A stretch of 53,807 bases of DNA, taken from IMG/VR virus record IMGVR_UViG_2718217709_000003. One strand, 5' to 3'. Source of the stretch: a virus. Its lineage: Duplodnaviria > Heunggongvirae > Uroviricota > Caudoviricetes. Numbering within the stretch: the first letter of the stretch is position 1; each line of letters starts with the position of its first letter. The translations under genes were made by a program, and so were the position numbers. Below the pieces are notes generated by a model. It did no database searches. It was not told where the DNA came from and saw nothing but the letters and a program-made list of their open reading frames with translations. Of the stretch, positions 42,326-51,206 are shown piece after piece.

Positions 42326-43063
42326 TTACGTACCCACACAGCTTGCCCCTCCCCATGAGAGATAACGCGGGGCCAGCGTGAACAGGATGCGCTGGGGATA
42401 ATGACGGTTCTCCCGCCAGCTGGCAGTGCTGCGTCCGGCATTCACCGTGGCGACATGACCAAACCAGCGGGTGCTGTCCAGCCCTTTTTGTGATGCAAGC
42501 CGCCTGTCCCGCTGTACCCAGCCCAGACCACCGTTATAGCCCGACAGTGTCATGGCCATACGCTCGCAGTCACTGGCGGCGCTGACGCGCTGCCACAGCC
42601 AGCGGTCATAGCTGACCAGCGCCCGGATGGCCCATGCCGGATTAAATGGCTCACGGCTGTTAAGCCCCGGCATCAACTGACTTATCCAGTCGGCGGTGGC
42701 GGGCATGAACTGCGCCAGTCCCTGAGCGCCAACCGGCGAGATCGCATCAGGTCGCCAGCCGCTTTCCTGATGCAGTTGCGCAGCGAAATCAGCCACCGGC
42801 GCAGACAGTCCCCATTCAAGCCGGGCATTACGGATCACATCATCGCGATACTGCAGCGCTGCCTGCGGAGGCTGCGCTGCGCGGGCCTGACTGAAGAAGC
42901 CGCCACACCAGAGCAACATTGCGACAAAGAATACCCGTGCCATATGAACCAGAAAGGTCCCGGCGCGGACTGACAGGCGTTCGGTTCTGATGAAGACCCT
43001 AAAGGCTTCGAAAGCCAGTTTCAGGGACATGCATACAATCCAGGTGATCTGCGGCCAGTTCAT
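42326..43063 (-). CDS. Endolysin, lytic transglycosylase (SLT domain) with N-terminal signal/anchor; start uncertain
   Basis: SLT catalytic region ...QLHQESGWRPDAISPVGAQGLAQFMPATADW...; hydrophobic N-terminus (MARVFFVAMLLWCGGFFSQARA). Confidence 0.7.
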   Translation of the reverse strand: MNWPQITWIVCMSLKLAFEAFRVFIRTERLSVRAGTFLVHMARVFFVAMLLWCGGFFSQARAAQPPQAALQYRDDVIRNARLEWGLSAPVADFAAQLHQESGWRPDAISPVGAQGLAQFMPATADWISQLMPGLNSREPFNPAWAIRALVSYDRWLWQRVSAASDCERMAMTLSGYNGGLGWVQRDRRLASQKGLDSTRWFGHVATVNAGRSTASWRENRHYPQRILFTLAPRYLSWGGASCVGT

Positions 43064-43065
43064 GA

Positions 43066-43416
43066 TTAAAGCCCCATCGCAACAGCCAGACAGACCGCTG
43101 CAACAATCAGTGCACGGCGGATTAACGCAGCAGAAAACACCAGGTGAAGGCCGGTCTGTACCGGGAAACGCCCATCAGCCATCAGCCTGTCGTCATGTTT
43201 CAGGTACTGACCGGGACGGGCTTTGGGGAAGAGCGAACGGTCAAGCCAGTAACCCAGCACTGCTGCCAGCGTGATGAGTGCCAGCTTGTAGATCACAACA
43301 GGCAACTGCTGTGGCGAGACCAGAGCGATGGTGCCCAGCAACAGCACTGAGGTCAGCAGCCAGCCGCTGAGGCGAGGTTTTTTAACAGGGGGAATGAATT
43401 TTTTCAGGTTTTTCAT
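43066..43416 (-). CDS. Putative holin / lysis membrane protein (about 116 aa)
   Basis: Predicted multi-TM small protein immediately upstream of the endolysin at the head of the late operon. Confidence 0.4.
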   Translation of the reverse strand: MKNLKKFIPPVKKPRLSGWLLTSVLLLGTIALVSPQQLPVVIYKLALITLAAVLGYWLDRSLFPKARPGQYLKHDDRLMADGRFPVQTGLHLVFSAALIRRALIVAAVCLAVAMGL

Positions 43417-43546
43417 GTGTGTCTCCTTGTCTGGTGGAGACAGCATCACAAATACAGGGCGCGAAGGATTTTAAAGCGCGTTAAGAGAGCCGGGGATACG
43501 GGATGTGCAGGATAAACGATGAATTATTCACAGAGGAGAATACGAT

Positions 43547-44290
43547 ATGACGCAGACACTGAATCCGGTCATCACTGTCACCGTGTCCGGTCCTGTGGGC
43601 AGCGGTAAAAGTTACATATTGGCGCGGATAGAGGAAGTGGTGAAACAGGAATTCGGGGGCAGCGTCATTGTCGATGCTGCAGACGTAGATGATGAGCGGC
43701 GTATGAGTGGCGATGATCTGACGACCTGGCAGAAGCCACGGGGTGGCACAGTGATCAGGCTGGAGGAATACACGGGACAGGGCCTGTTGTCATACGGCGA
43801 GGAGCGTATCTGTCGGACGAATGAGCTGCTGGATGTTATATGCCCCACGGGCCGGCAACCCTGGATACTGCCCGATGCACTGCATGCCACCATTGCGGCA
43901 CTGATGACAGTTTACGATCAGGAGCTGCTCATGAAGGAGCTACGTAAACTCACCGGTCAGCCAACAGAATGTTTTTCTGCCCCGAAGTACGGGAAACAGG
44001 AACACATCCCGGTGAACACGCTCCCCGTTAACCAGCCTCCCCGGTTCTTCGACGAATACATTCTGACACCGGAAAATAAAGCTGAGCACGAAGAGATCAA
44101 AGCGGCGTTGTTCCGGGAAATCAGGAAGATTGCTGAAATGCAACTGGGGGGCGGGCTGGACAGAGTGATGGCGAGAGGAGAATGGGAGTCGCTGTTTGAA
44201 AGAGTTTCCCCGGAATTACTTCCCCTCGCACTGGCTATCGGGATTATGCAGACAGCGGATAAACCTCACTTACGTTCATTAAACACGTAA
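43547..44290 (+). CDS. P-loop NTPase-like protein of unknown function (247 aa)
   Basis: Walker A motif GPVGSGKS at residues 15-22 and a Walker B-like hhhhD stretch (SVIVDAAD); strong SD (GAGGAG) upstream; diverges from the late operon. Confidence 0.55.
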   Translation: MTQTLNPVITVTVSGPVGSGKSYILARIEEVVKQEFGGSVIVDAADVDDERRMSGDDLTTWQKPRGGTVIRLEEYTGQGLLSYGEERICRTNELLDVICPTGRQPWILPDALHATIAALMTVYDQELLMKELRKLTGQPTECFSAPKYGKQEHIPVNTLPVNQPPRFFDEYILTPENKAEHEEIKAALFREIRKIAEMQLGGGLDRVMARGEWESLFERVSPELLPLALAIGIMQTADKPHLRSLNT

Positions 44291-44670
44291 CGCATAATCC
44301 GGGATACGCATTCAGCGATGACTGCATTTTCACCGGTTTTTACTGCATCCAGAAGTGACTCTTTAAATGGTACGGGCCGGGGCTGCAGAAAGGTCGGCAT
44401 GGCATTGAGCAGACAGAGCGTTTTTTCCGTGAGGACGACATCAGCCGCTCCCACAGCCAGCAACTGAGAGTAACGAATATAGCTGTTATCCCGAAGCCAT
44501 ATCAGCGTATCAATAAAACACCGGCACTTTTTCTGGTCGTGATCAACCTGGTCCGGGATATCGAAAAAACCAGAATAAATCAAAACCTGAGGTGCCGGAT
44601 GCGTGTTCAGTAATCGGCAGAATATTTTGCCGGTGAGTACATAAAAATCATCATTTAAGGAGTGCATCAT
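44266..44670 (-). CDS. Hypothetical Cys-rich protein (134 aa); real status uncertain
   Basis: ORF overlapping the 3' end of the P-loop gene convergently (25 nt) and the start of the next + strand ORF; weak RBS. Confidence 0.3.
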   Translation of the reverse strand: MMHSLNDDFYVLTGKIFCRLLNTHPAPQVLIYSGFFDIPDQVDHDQKKCRCFIDTLIWLRDNSYIRYSQLLAVGAADVVLTEKTLCLLNAMPTFLQPRPVPFKESLLDAVKTGENAVIAECVSRIMRYVFNERK

Positions 44671-44884
44671 GAATCCCCGATTAACGTTAACAGAACATCA
44701 GCGCCGTGCTGAAGCAGTGAACAATGTTCTGGAAGATATTATCCGGTTATACCGCGGAGAACTGAGTGTCTGTCGTGCCGCTTTTCATTTTCAGGGAATA
44801 CAAAAGCAGTTTGATACTTCTGTTTTTGCAGAAGGTATTACTTATGCCCTGGACCGGATAAGGTCAGAAAATCGCCCCGGATAA
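44669..44884 (+). CDS. Hypothetical small protein (71 aa)
   Basis: Strong SD (AAGGAG) 6 nt upstream of the ATG. Confidence 0.45.
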   Translation: MNPRLTLTEHQRRAEAVNNVLEDIIRLYRGELSVCRAAFHFQGIQKQFDTSVFAEGITYALDRIRSENRPG

Positions 44885-45074
44885 TCCCTAAACCACATTA
44901 ACAGAAATCCCGCCATCCCTGCCGCATCATGAAAGAACGACCAGCCCGGCACCCGAAAGCCGGGCTGGTCATCGCCCCACAGGAATGCGCTGTGAGCCGA
45001 CCAAGGTTCAGTCAGTCTCGCGAGACCTGACCAGACTGCCATATTTTTTAATAATTGTAAAAGGCTTACAGATT

Positions 45075-45839
45075 ATGAAAATGCAGACATTACCCATCGT
45101 GCCGTGGATTGGTGGCAAACGCCGCCTTGCAAAACACATTCTGCCGCTGTTTCCGGCGCATGAATGTTATGTGGAGCCGTTTTGTGGGGCAGCAGCGCTC
45201 TATTTTCTTAAGACACCCGGCAAGATCGAAGTCATCAATGATATCAACGGTGAACTGGTGAATCTGTACCGGGTGGTAAAGCATCACCTGGAAGAATTTG
45301 TCCGCCAGTTCAAATGGGCGCTGGTCAGCCGTCAGATCTACAAATGGCTGCAGATCACCCCGGAAGAAACACTGACGGATATCCAGCGTGCGGCACGGTT
45401 CTACTACCTTCAGAAGCAGGCGTTTGGCGGCAAGGTGGCAGAGCACAGCTTCGGTACCTCCACCACATCCCCGCCACGCTTCAACCTGCTACGTATTGAA
45501 GAAGAACTGTCAGCGGCACACCTGCGGCTTTCCAGAACAGTCATAGAACACATGGACTGGCAACAGTGCATTGAGCGTTATGATCGTCCGCACACGCTGT
45601 TCTACTGCGACCCACCGTACCTGGGTACGGAAGGCTATGGTGTGGATTTTCCTGAAGGGAACTACTCGCGGCTGGCAGAGCTGGCCCGGTGCATCAGAGG
45701 AAAAATGATAATTTCGGTGAACGACATCCCGCAGATGCGCGAGGTGTTCACTGGACTGAACATACAGACAGTGAATATCAACTACAGTCTGGCGGGTAAA
45801 CCCACGCCGCGCCGTGAACTGCTAATCTGCAACTTCTGA
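45075..45839 (+). CDS. DNA adenine methyltransferase, Dam-like (about 254 aa)
   Basis: Motif I (EPFCGAAALYF) and catalytic DPPY motif (FYCDPPYLGTEGYG); start taken at MKMQTLPIVPWIGGKRRL. Confidence 0.85.
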   Translation: MKMQTLPIVPWIGGKRRLAKHILPLFPAHECYVEPFCGAAALYFLKTPGKIEVINDINGELVNLYRVVKHHLEEFVRQFKWALVSRQIYKWLQITPEETLTDIQRAARFYYLQKQAFGGKVAEHSFGTSTTSPPRFNLLRIEEELSAAHLRLSRTVIEHMDWQQCIERYDRPHTLFYCDPPYLGTEGYGVDFPEGNYSRLAELARCIRGKMIISVNDIPQMREVFTGLNIQTVNINYSLAGKPTPRRELLICNF

Positions 45840-45846
45840 AACAAAA

Positions 45847-45869
45847 CCGGAAAGCACAATGCTTTCCGG
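45847..45869. terminator. Bidirectional hairpin terminator between the Dam gene and the repressor gene
   Basis: ccggaaagc-acaat-gctttccgg perfect stem between convergent genes. Confidence 0.55.
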
Positions 45870-45955
45870 TAAACCAAACAACTTCCACTATGTCACTGGC
45901 GATGTTTTCTGAAAGCATCCAGATCAACCACCTGTCCTTTGTGTCCGGGTCAGTA

Positions 45956-46312
45956 TCAGCCTGCGATTTTTCCTGGTTTTGGCTGAGTATAGAATCGCCC
46001 AATCTCAAGAAATGAGCGTTGTTGGTCTGGTGTCATGTCGTCAAAAGTATCTATTAGTTTTTGTTTTTCTGGGGAAATTTGATTCTGGTTTCTAGTCATA
46101 CCATCTGTGCTCATTCCAGTGAGCAACCAATTTACATCAACATTAAACTCTTGATGCATCTTTAACAGAAACTCCCCTCCAGGCATCGCCTTTCCATTTT
46201 CAATCTGACTGATACCACCATTAGAAATACCTAAGCGAGCTGCAAATTCTCTCTGGTTCAACCCTGCTTTCTTCCTCACAGAAATAACGCGCTCTCCTAT
46301 ATCTTTGCTCAT
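45956..46312 (-). CDS. Phage repressor, HTH XRE family (118 aa)
   Basis: HTH LNQREFAARLGISNGGISQIENGK; divergent from the Ner-like gene as in the Mu c/ner arrangement. Confidence 0.75.
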   Translation of the reverse strand: MSKDIGERVISVRKKAGLNQREFAARLGISNGGISQIENGKAMPGGEFLLKMHQEFNVDVNWLLTGMSTDGMTRNQNQISPEKQKLIDTFDDMTPDQQRSFLEIGRFYTQPKPGKIAG

Positions 46313-46405
46313 AAAAGTGAATCTCTATCTTGATATGCTCATAATTATGAGCAATAATCTAACACATATAAGGCAAACATCATTGCATCAACAAAGGAGA
46401 CAACG

Positions 46406-46594
46406 ATGACTGCAGAACAAGTCAAAGCTCTCTTCCGCCAGCGCGGGATCACTTTCACCCGCTGGGCAGAAGAAAACGGCTACAACCGCAATGAGGTATA
46501 CCGCGTTCTCAACGGGCAGACCAAAGCCCGTTACGGTAAATCCCATGAAATCGCCGTGAAGTTGGGACTGAAATCAACAGCTCAGGCGGCCTAA
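46406..46594 (+). CDS. Ner-like DNA-binding protein (62 aa)
   Basis: Small HTH protein resembling Mu Ner / Nlp (...NEVYRVLNGQTKARYGKSHEIAVKLGLK). Confidence 0.6.
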   Translation: MTAEQVKALFRQRGITFTRWAEENGYNRNEVYRVLNGQTKARYGKSHEIAVKLGLKSTAQAA

Positions 46595-46640
46595 ATATTT
46601 TGAGTCTTTGTAAAAGGTTATCACATATCGCAAAAGAGGT

Positions 46641-46955
46641 ATGCAGATGAGTAAGACGAATGTTTCAAGCTCCGGCAGTCGCATCCTCCGGGTACTCAAA
46701 GCGCTGCGCGGTCATGCCCTGAACGGTATTTCTAACGGTGAACTGGCGACAGCACTGCACGAGTCACCGGCAAACATCAACCGGGCACTCAACACCCTCA
46801 TTGAAGAAGGGCTGGCTCTGAAACTGGAGAACGGACGTTTTGCACCGGGCATCCAGTTACTGCAGATCGCCATGGCCCACAGTAACGAGATGGCACGTGC
46901 ACAGGATCGTATTAACGAAATTAACCAACGTGTCATTTCAGGTAGTCGTTTGTAA
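46641..46955 (+). CDS. Hypothetical early protein (104 aa), possible DNA-binding
   Basis: ORF in the early operon; no recognisable family. Confidence 0.45.
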   Translation: MQMSKTNVSSSGSRILRVLKALRGHALNGISNGELATALHESPANINRALNTLIEEGLALKLENGRFAPGIQLLQIAMAHSNEMARAQDRINEINQRVISGSRL

Positions 46956-46965
46956 GGAGTAATCA

Positions 46966-47886
46966 ATGGGACGTACCAAATCACCGATTAACACTGAACT
47001 GAACGCCGATGTACCGCTGTCGGATGATCTCAACGTCAGCCTGAATGCCATGACACAGCATCGCATGGAGATCATGCAGCAGTTTGGTGATGGACTGCCT
47101 TATGAACGTGAACGCATCGTTCACGAAGCACGTTTTTATATGGCGCAGAGTGCTGAATCTATGTTGGAAGCGGGTAAGCGGCTGATCATCTTAAAAGAAA
47201 ATGAACCGCATGGTGATTTCACAAATATTCTGGAAAACGACCTCGGATTAGCACCACAGGTAGCTCGTCGCATGATGCAGGCCAGCGTGAAATTTCTCGG
47301 CAATGGAGATGAACAGCCAAAACGCTCAGCGCTGAGCGTTTTGGGAAAAACCAAGTTATATGAACTGATGGTTCTGGATGACGAAGAACTCGACGCATTA
47401 GCTGATGGTGGAACCGTCGCCGGTGCAACGCTTGATGATATTGATCGCATGACCAGCCGCGAACTGAAGGCCGCCCTGCGTGAAGCGCGCGAAACCAACG
47501 CAGCTCAGCAACAGGTGCTTGCCGGAAAGGACGAAAAAATCAACGAACTGGCCACAAAACTGGAGAAGAAATCGCGCCTGCAACCTCCGCCGCCAGACGA
47601 AGAACTGAAAAAATTGCGGGCGGAAGTGACGGCATTAGCGGTTGAGGCCGAATCGGCTATCGCCGTCCGGCTGTCCAGTGTTTTTGAGACCCTGTGTGAA
47701 TACTGCACCAAAAACATGATCGATACCCCCAGAGATTTCATGGCCGGTCTGGTCTGCCAGATTGAACGCAGTGTTCATGCATTACGTGAGACGTTTGACC
47801 TTGAGGCCGCTCCATCGGGTAACGATGCCCCCGCCTGGCTGACCGAACCGGAACCTGAAATCAACCGACCGGAGGATATGCAGTAA
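46966..47886 (+). CDS. Hypothetical early protein (306 aa)
   Basis: Coiled-coil-rich ORF in the early operon with SD AAGGAG upstream; no transposase-like motifs. Confidence 0.5.
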   Translation: MGRTKSPINTELNADVPLSDDLNVSLNAMTQHRMEIMQQFGDGLPYERERIVHEARFYMAQSAESMLEAGKRLIILKENEPHGDFTNILENDLGLAPQVARRMMQASVKFLGNGDEQPKRSALSVLGKTKLYELMVLDDEELDALADGGTVAGATLDDIDRMTSRELKAALREARETNAAQQQVLAGKDEKINELATKLEKKSRLQPPPPDEELKKLRAEVTALAVEAESAIAVRLSSVFETLCEYCTKNMIDTPRDFMAGLVCQIERSVHALRETFDLEAAPSGNDAPAWLTEPEPEINRPEDMQ

Positions 47887-48278
47887 TGAATACGAATAAC
47901 ACACAAAATACCCTGATGGACAGCCCGGAGGCACTGGGGCACGCACTGTGTAATCTGCTGCCGGAGATGGTGCAGGGTTTCCGCGTGGTGACCCCTTCCG
48001 GTGAAATCTGCGTACCCGCACAGGAGACGCACCCGTTTGTACTGACGATGATTACGCTATCAGGTAACAGCCGGAAATTAAAAGCCTGCCGAATATCTGC
48101 CAGATACCTTTTTGCCCGCGCCTTTTTTAAGAACGTCAGGCCGGGGATCACAATTGGTGTTATTGCCGGACGCGAACAGGTTGAAAAATACATGTCAGGT
48201 GCATGGTGGAATAACGACCCTGTCATTGCTGCCCGTAATATTCATATCAGTTGGGGGGATATTCAGAATGACGGCTGA
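47886..48278 (+). CDS. Hypothetical early protein (130 aa)
   Basis: ORF coupled to the preceding gene. Confidence 0.4.
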   Translation: MNTNNTQNTLMDSPEALGHALCNLLPEMVQGFRVVTPSGEICVPAQETHPFVLTMITLSGNSRKLKACRISARYLFARAFFKNVRPGITIGVIAGREQVEKYMSGAWWNNDPVIAARNIHISWGDIQNDG

Positions 48279-48483
48279 ATCTGTTGTATGTGCCCTGTTC
48301 TGGTATTGTTTTGTCGGTTGGTGTACTGCTGAACTGCACCGCCGTTCAGGGTTTTATTCACGTTACAGTGGTGCCGGCTACTGGATTAGCTGGTCGGTGA
48401 TGTTCCTGTGCTGGCCTGTGGCGCTTCCTTTATATGTCGATTATATCGGTGGCGCAGGTAAAAGGAGCAACGATGATGACTAA
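48268..48483 (+). CDS. Small membrane protein (71 aa)
   Basis: Two predicted TM segments (VVCALFWYCFVGW; WISWSVMFLCWPVALPLYV); G-rich SD upstream. Confidence 0.4.
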   Translation: MTAESVVCALFWYCFVGWCTAELHRRSGFYSRYSGAGYWISWSVMFLCWPVALPLYVDYIGGAGKRSNDDD

Positions 48484-48925
48484 ACAACGTCTTATCCAGC
48501 TCATTCATATTGCCCGTAATGAACTGGGTATGGATGAAGACACCTACCGCCAGATGTTACAGGGGCTGACCGGTAAAGCCTCAACCAAAGGAATGGATAC
48601 CACACAACTAAACTGCGTGCTGGAATCCATGAAAAGGAAAGGCTTTCGCGTTAAGCCTGCCGGAAAAGCCAGCTCCGGTTTACCGCTGGATAACCATCCG
48701 CAGTCCAGGAAAATCCGTGCGCTATGGCTTGAAATGGCTGCTGCCGGCATTGTTCGTGACCGTTCAGAAAATGCATTAGCGCGGTGGATCAAGCGGGAAA
48801 CGGGCATCAGCGCCCTGCGCTGGCTCAGTACTGAACAGGCAAGCAGTGTTATTGAGAAACTGAAGAAGTGGCAGCGCAGAGCTGCGGGAGTCAAACATGA
48901 GCGACCTGAATCAGTTTCGAAGTAA
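48473..48925 (+). CDS. GemA-like protein (Mu gp16 family, about 150 aa)
   Basis: MMTKQRLIQLIHIARNELGMDEDTYRQMLQGLTGK... resembles Mu GemA; SD AAGGAG 5 nt upstream. Confidence 0.7.
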   Translation: MMTKQRLIQLIHIARNELGMDEDTYRQMLQGLTGKASTKGMDTTQLNCVLESMKRKGFRVKPAGKASSGLPLDNHPQSRKIRALWLEMAAAGIVRDRSENALARWIKRETGISALRWLSTEQASSVIEKLKKWQRRAAGVKHERPESVSK

Positions 48926-49295
48926 AGGGCCGGAACTCCTGGTGGAGCTGGCACAGCATACCTCTGAGACCGTTCGCGAGATTATTGATATTGAGCCCGC
49001 AATTGCCGACCAGATTGGTCAGGCCGTCGCGAACCGAATGATGCAGGTCTGGGGCGGGCAAAACGTTTATTTCCCGATGGGCATGGTATGGAAGGTCAGT
49101 CAGCGCGACCGGGAAATCTTCAGGGAGTTTAACGGACGCAACCACCACGAACTGGCCCGCAAGTTTGGTGTTTCGCTTCAGTGGGTCTACAGCGTGGTTA
49201 AGCGGGTCAGAAAAGAAGAACTGGATCGGATGCAGGGCAGGTTGTTTGATGAAGATCTGCCAGAGGAGACGAAAGACGTTAACAAATCCAGATAA
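48897..49295 (+). CDS. Mor/C-family middle/late transcription activator (132 aa)
   Basis: C-terminal HTH ...DREIFREFNGRNHHELARKFGVSLQWVYSVVKRVR typical of the Mor family. Confidence 0.75.
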   Translation: MSDLNQFRSKGPELLVELAQHTSETVREIIDIEPAIADQIGQAVANRMMQVWGGQNVYFPMGMVWKVSQRDREIFREFNGRNHHELARKFGVSLQWVYSVVKRVRKEELDRMQGRLFDEDLPEETKDVNKSR

Positions 49296-49340
49296 TTCCT
49301 GCTTGTTAAAGTCCTTTCAAAAATCTCCTTATTGTATAAA

Positions 49341-49371
49341 AGCACGGTAGACCCCTTACCGTGCTTTTTTT
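49341..49371 (+). terminator. Rho-independent terminator after the mor-like gene
   Basis: agcacggta-gacccct-taccgtgct stem followed by ttttttt. Confidence 0.65.
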
Positions 49372-49409
49372 ATGCTCTCTCTTTAGTATTCAGGATGCAG
49401 GGAGAAAAT

Positions 49410-50042
49410 ATGTTTGACGTTTCGTTGTTAAATCTGCCATGGGCAACACTGGTGACCCTGACCAGTGGCTATATTGGGTATTTTATTGCGAATGTGGGAC
49501 TGAAGGATCACCACAAGCCCATTGAGGTGACTTTTTCTTCGCTGATTTTTGGCCTGACAGCAATGATGGCTTACCAGGCTGTTATGTGGGCAGGTCTGAA
49601 TGCCTGGCTGGCAACACCACCAGCACTTCTGTGTGCCGTTACATGCGGTGCGTGGTGGCGCAGGTACGGTCGCAAATGGATGTACAGATTACTGTGGAAT
49701 AATGATATTTCATGGTCTGACGATACCAGCTCAGCATGGCAGGCAATGTTTGATCAAACAGGCTTCAGCGTTACCGAGGTCAGAGTGATTCTTCGCGATG
49801 GTTCCGGTATGATGTCACGGCTGCCAGGGAACTTTGAAGAGTGGCCTAACGGTCCGTTTACCCTGGGGAATAAAGGCGATATGGTTCTTTACGTCACGCA
49901 CAGCAGCCCTTCAGGCAGTAACGAATGGGAAGAGTATAAAGGCGTGGTTGATAAGTACTGGGGAGCTCTGGCAACCTATATTCCAGCAGATCAGATTGCC
50001 AGAGTGGAGATCAGGCGCGTTCGTGCAACGAACGATGAATGA
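49410..50042 (+). CDS. Membrane protein of unknown function (about 211 aa) at the prophage edge
   Basis: Three predicted N-terminal TM helices followed by a soluble Trp-rich domain; SD AGGGAG upstream; alternative start at 49395. Confidence 0.55.
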   Translation: MFDVSLLNLPWATLVTLTSGYIGYFIANVGLKDHHKPIEVTFSSLIFGLTAMMAYQAVMWAGLNAWLATPPALLCAVTCGAWWRRYGRKWMYRLLWNNDISWSDDTSSAWQAMFDQTGFSVTEVRVILRDGSGMMSRLPGNFEEWPNGPFTLGNKGDMVLYVTHSSPSGSNEWEEYKGVVDKYWGALATYIPADQIARVEIRRVRATNDE

Positions 50043-50553
50043 TGTTTATTTTTTCCCTGGGGCAGGGGCTGCCGGCATAGTGGTTTTATTGGCAGAGGAA
50101 GACGATTCTCCTTTTCTACCGGAATCGCGCTCGAACGTCACGATGTGCTTGCTTTTGGGCTTTTCTGAGTAATCCAGGCTATCATGCTTATTGTTTTGAG
50201 TAGTCATTGGAATCATCCTTTTTGTTGCGGGTCATGTTTCAGCAAACTCGATTCTAAGTTGCCAGGAAGGATGATTTCAATGCCCGACTTATCTATCGTA
50301 TAGCGGAAAAGAATTTCAGTTCTGTTCACCAGAACCCATGTTAACCCACTCCAATTCGTTATTTATCTCACGGATCCCCCTTCATTTATCTCATGTCTGA
50401 TCAGAAATGAAGCCTGTTGAGTGAGATTCACCGGTTCTGGTGCAGAAGCTGCAGATGGCGCAGGGTAAGGACATCTTCTCTTGCCTGCTTAATACAGGAC
50501 AACAGTGCTGTTTCTGTGGTTAATGGCACTATACCCTGCATCACTGCATTGTC

Positions 50554-50748
50554 TTACAGCAACTGGTGAGGGCTGGCATAAGTTGCCGGTGTTTCGGTAG
50601 AGTCACGGTCATCCACCACGCGGAGTGAATAACCTTTTTCAGCGGCCTTATTAATCAGTTCAGTGATATTAACACCATCAATGTCAACGACAATGTGCCC
50701 CATATCCAGCGCCTGTACGTTAACGCTGTCGGCTTCCAGTGTCATCAT
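50554..50748 (-). CDS. yeeW: YeeW-like protein (64 aa)
   Basis: Small ORF whose start overlaps the end of the cbtA reading frame, as in CP4-44. Confidence 0.55.
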   Translation of the reverse strand: MMTLEADSVNVQALDMGHIVVDIDGVNITELINKAAEKGYSLRVVDDRDSTETPATYASPHQLL

Positions 50749-51118
50749 TTCGCCTCCGGATACTTACCCAGGGTAATGTTATTTACCGTTCTGTAATTGT
50801 CGCGGGTCATCAGGCCGGTCGCCCTGCGAGCCCGGAGGATATCGATGCTGTTTATTAACTGAGAGCGGGTACAGGCGCTGAATCCCGGCTGGTCGGTAGC
50901 ACCAGCGCGTATTTTTCCACGAGAAAGTTCACCGCATCACACAGTGAAATGCCTGCCTCAATATGCTGCTCAATCACACGTTCATCGGCAAAAGGTGTGT
51001 CATTCAGTGTGAGGCCATAGTGCTGGTCCAGCAGTCGGGACAGCAGTATCTGCCAGATTTCAACAGGAGACGGGCGAGAACTGGTCGCCTGCCCGGGTAA
51101 TACAGGTAATGTTTTCAT
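50745..51118 (-). pseudogene. cbtA: cbtA (yeeV) toxin gene with an internal frameshift
   Basis: N-terminal 71 aa match CbtA; after ...VEKYALV the conserved C-terminus ([46 protein letters not shown]) is encoded in a different frame; shift near 50895-50902. Confidence 0.7.
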
Positions 51119-51206
51119 ACTGAAGATTTTCCTGATATGCAGATATAAAAATGGAAAAGTGGCGTGGTGAAAACACCAGGCCGTAGCAGAAGGCTATTCT
51201 GGAGAG

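Larger units (their letters stand above)
17300..50500 (-). mobile_element. Myovirus prophage with Mu-like head and regulatory genes and a P2/Mu-type tail; boundaries approximate
   Basis: Contiguous block of phage genes from the invertase (17.6 kb) through the late operon to GemA/Mor and a terminal membrane-protein gene (50.0 kb), bounded by yeeX-side remnants and yeeW. Confidence 0.75.
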
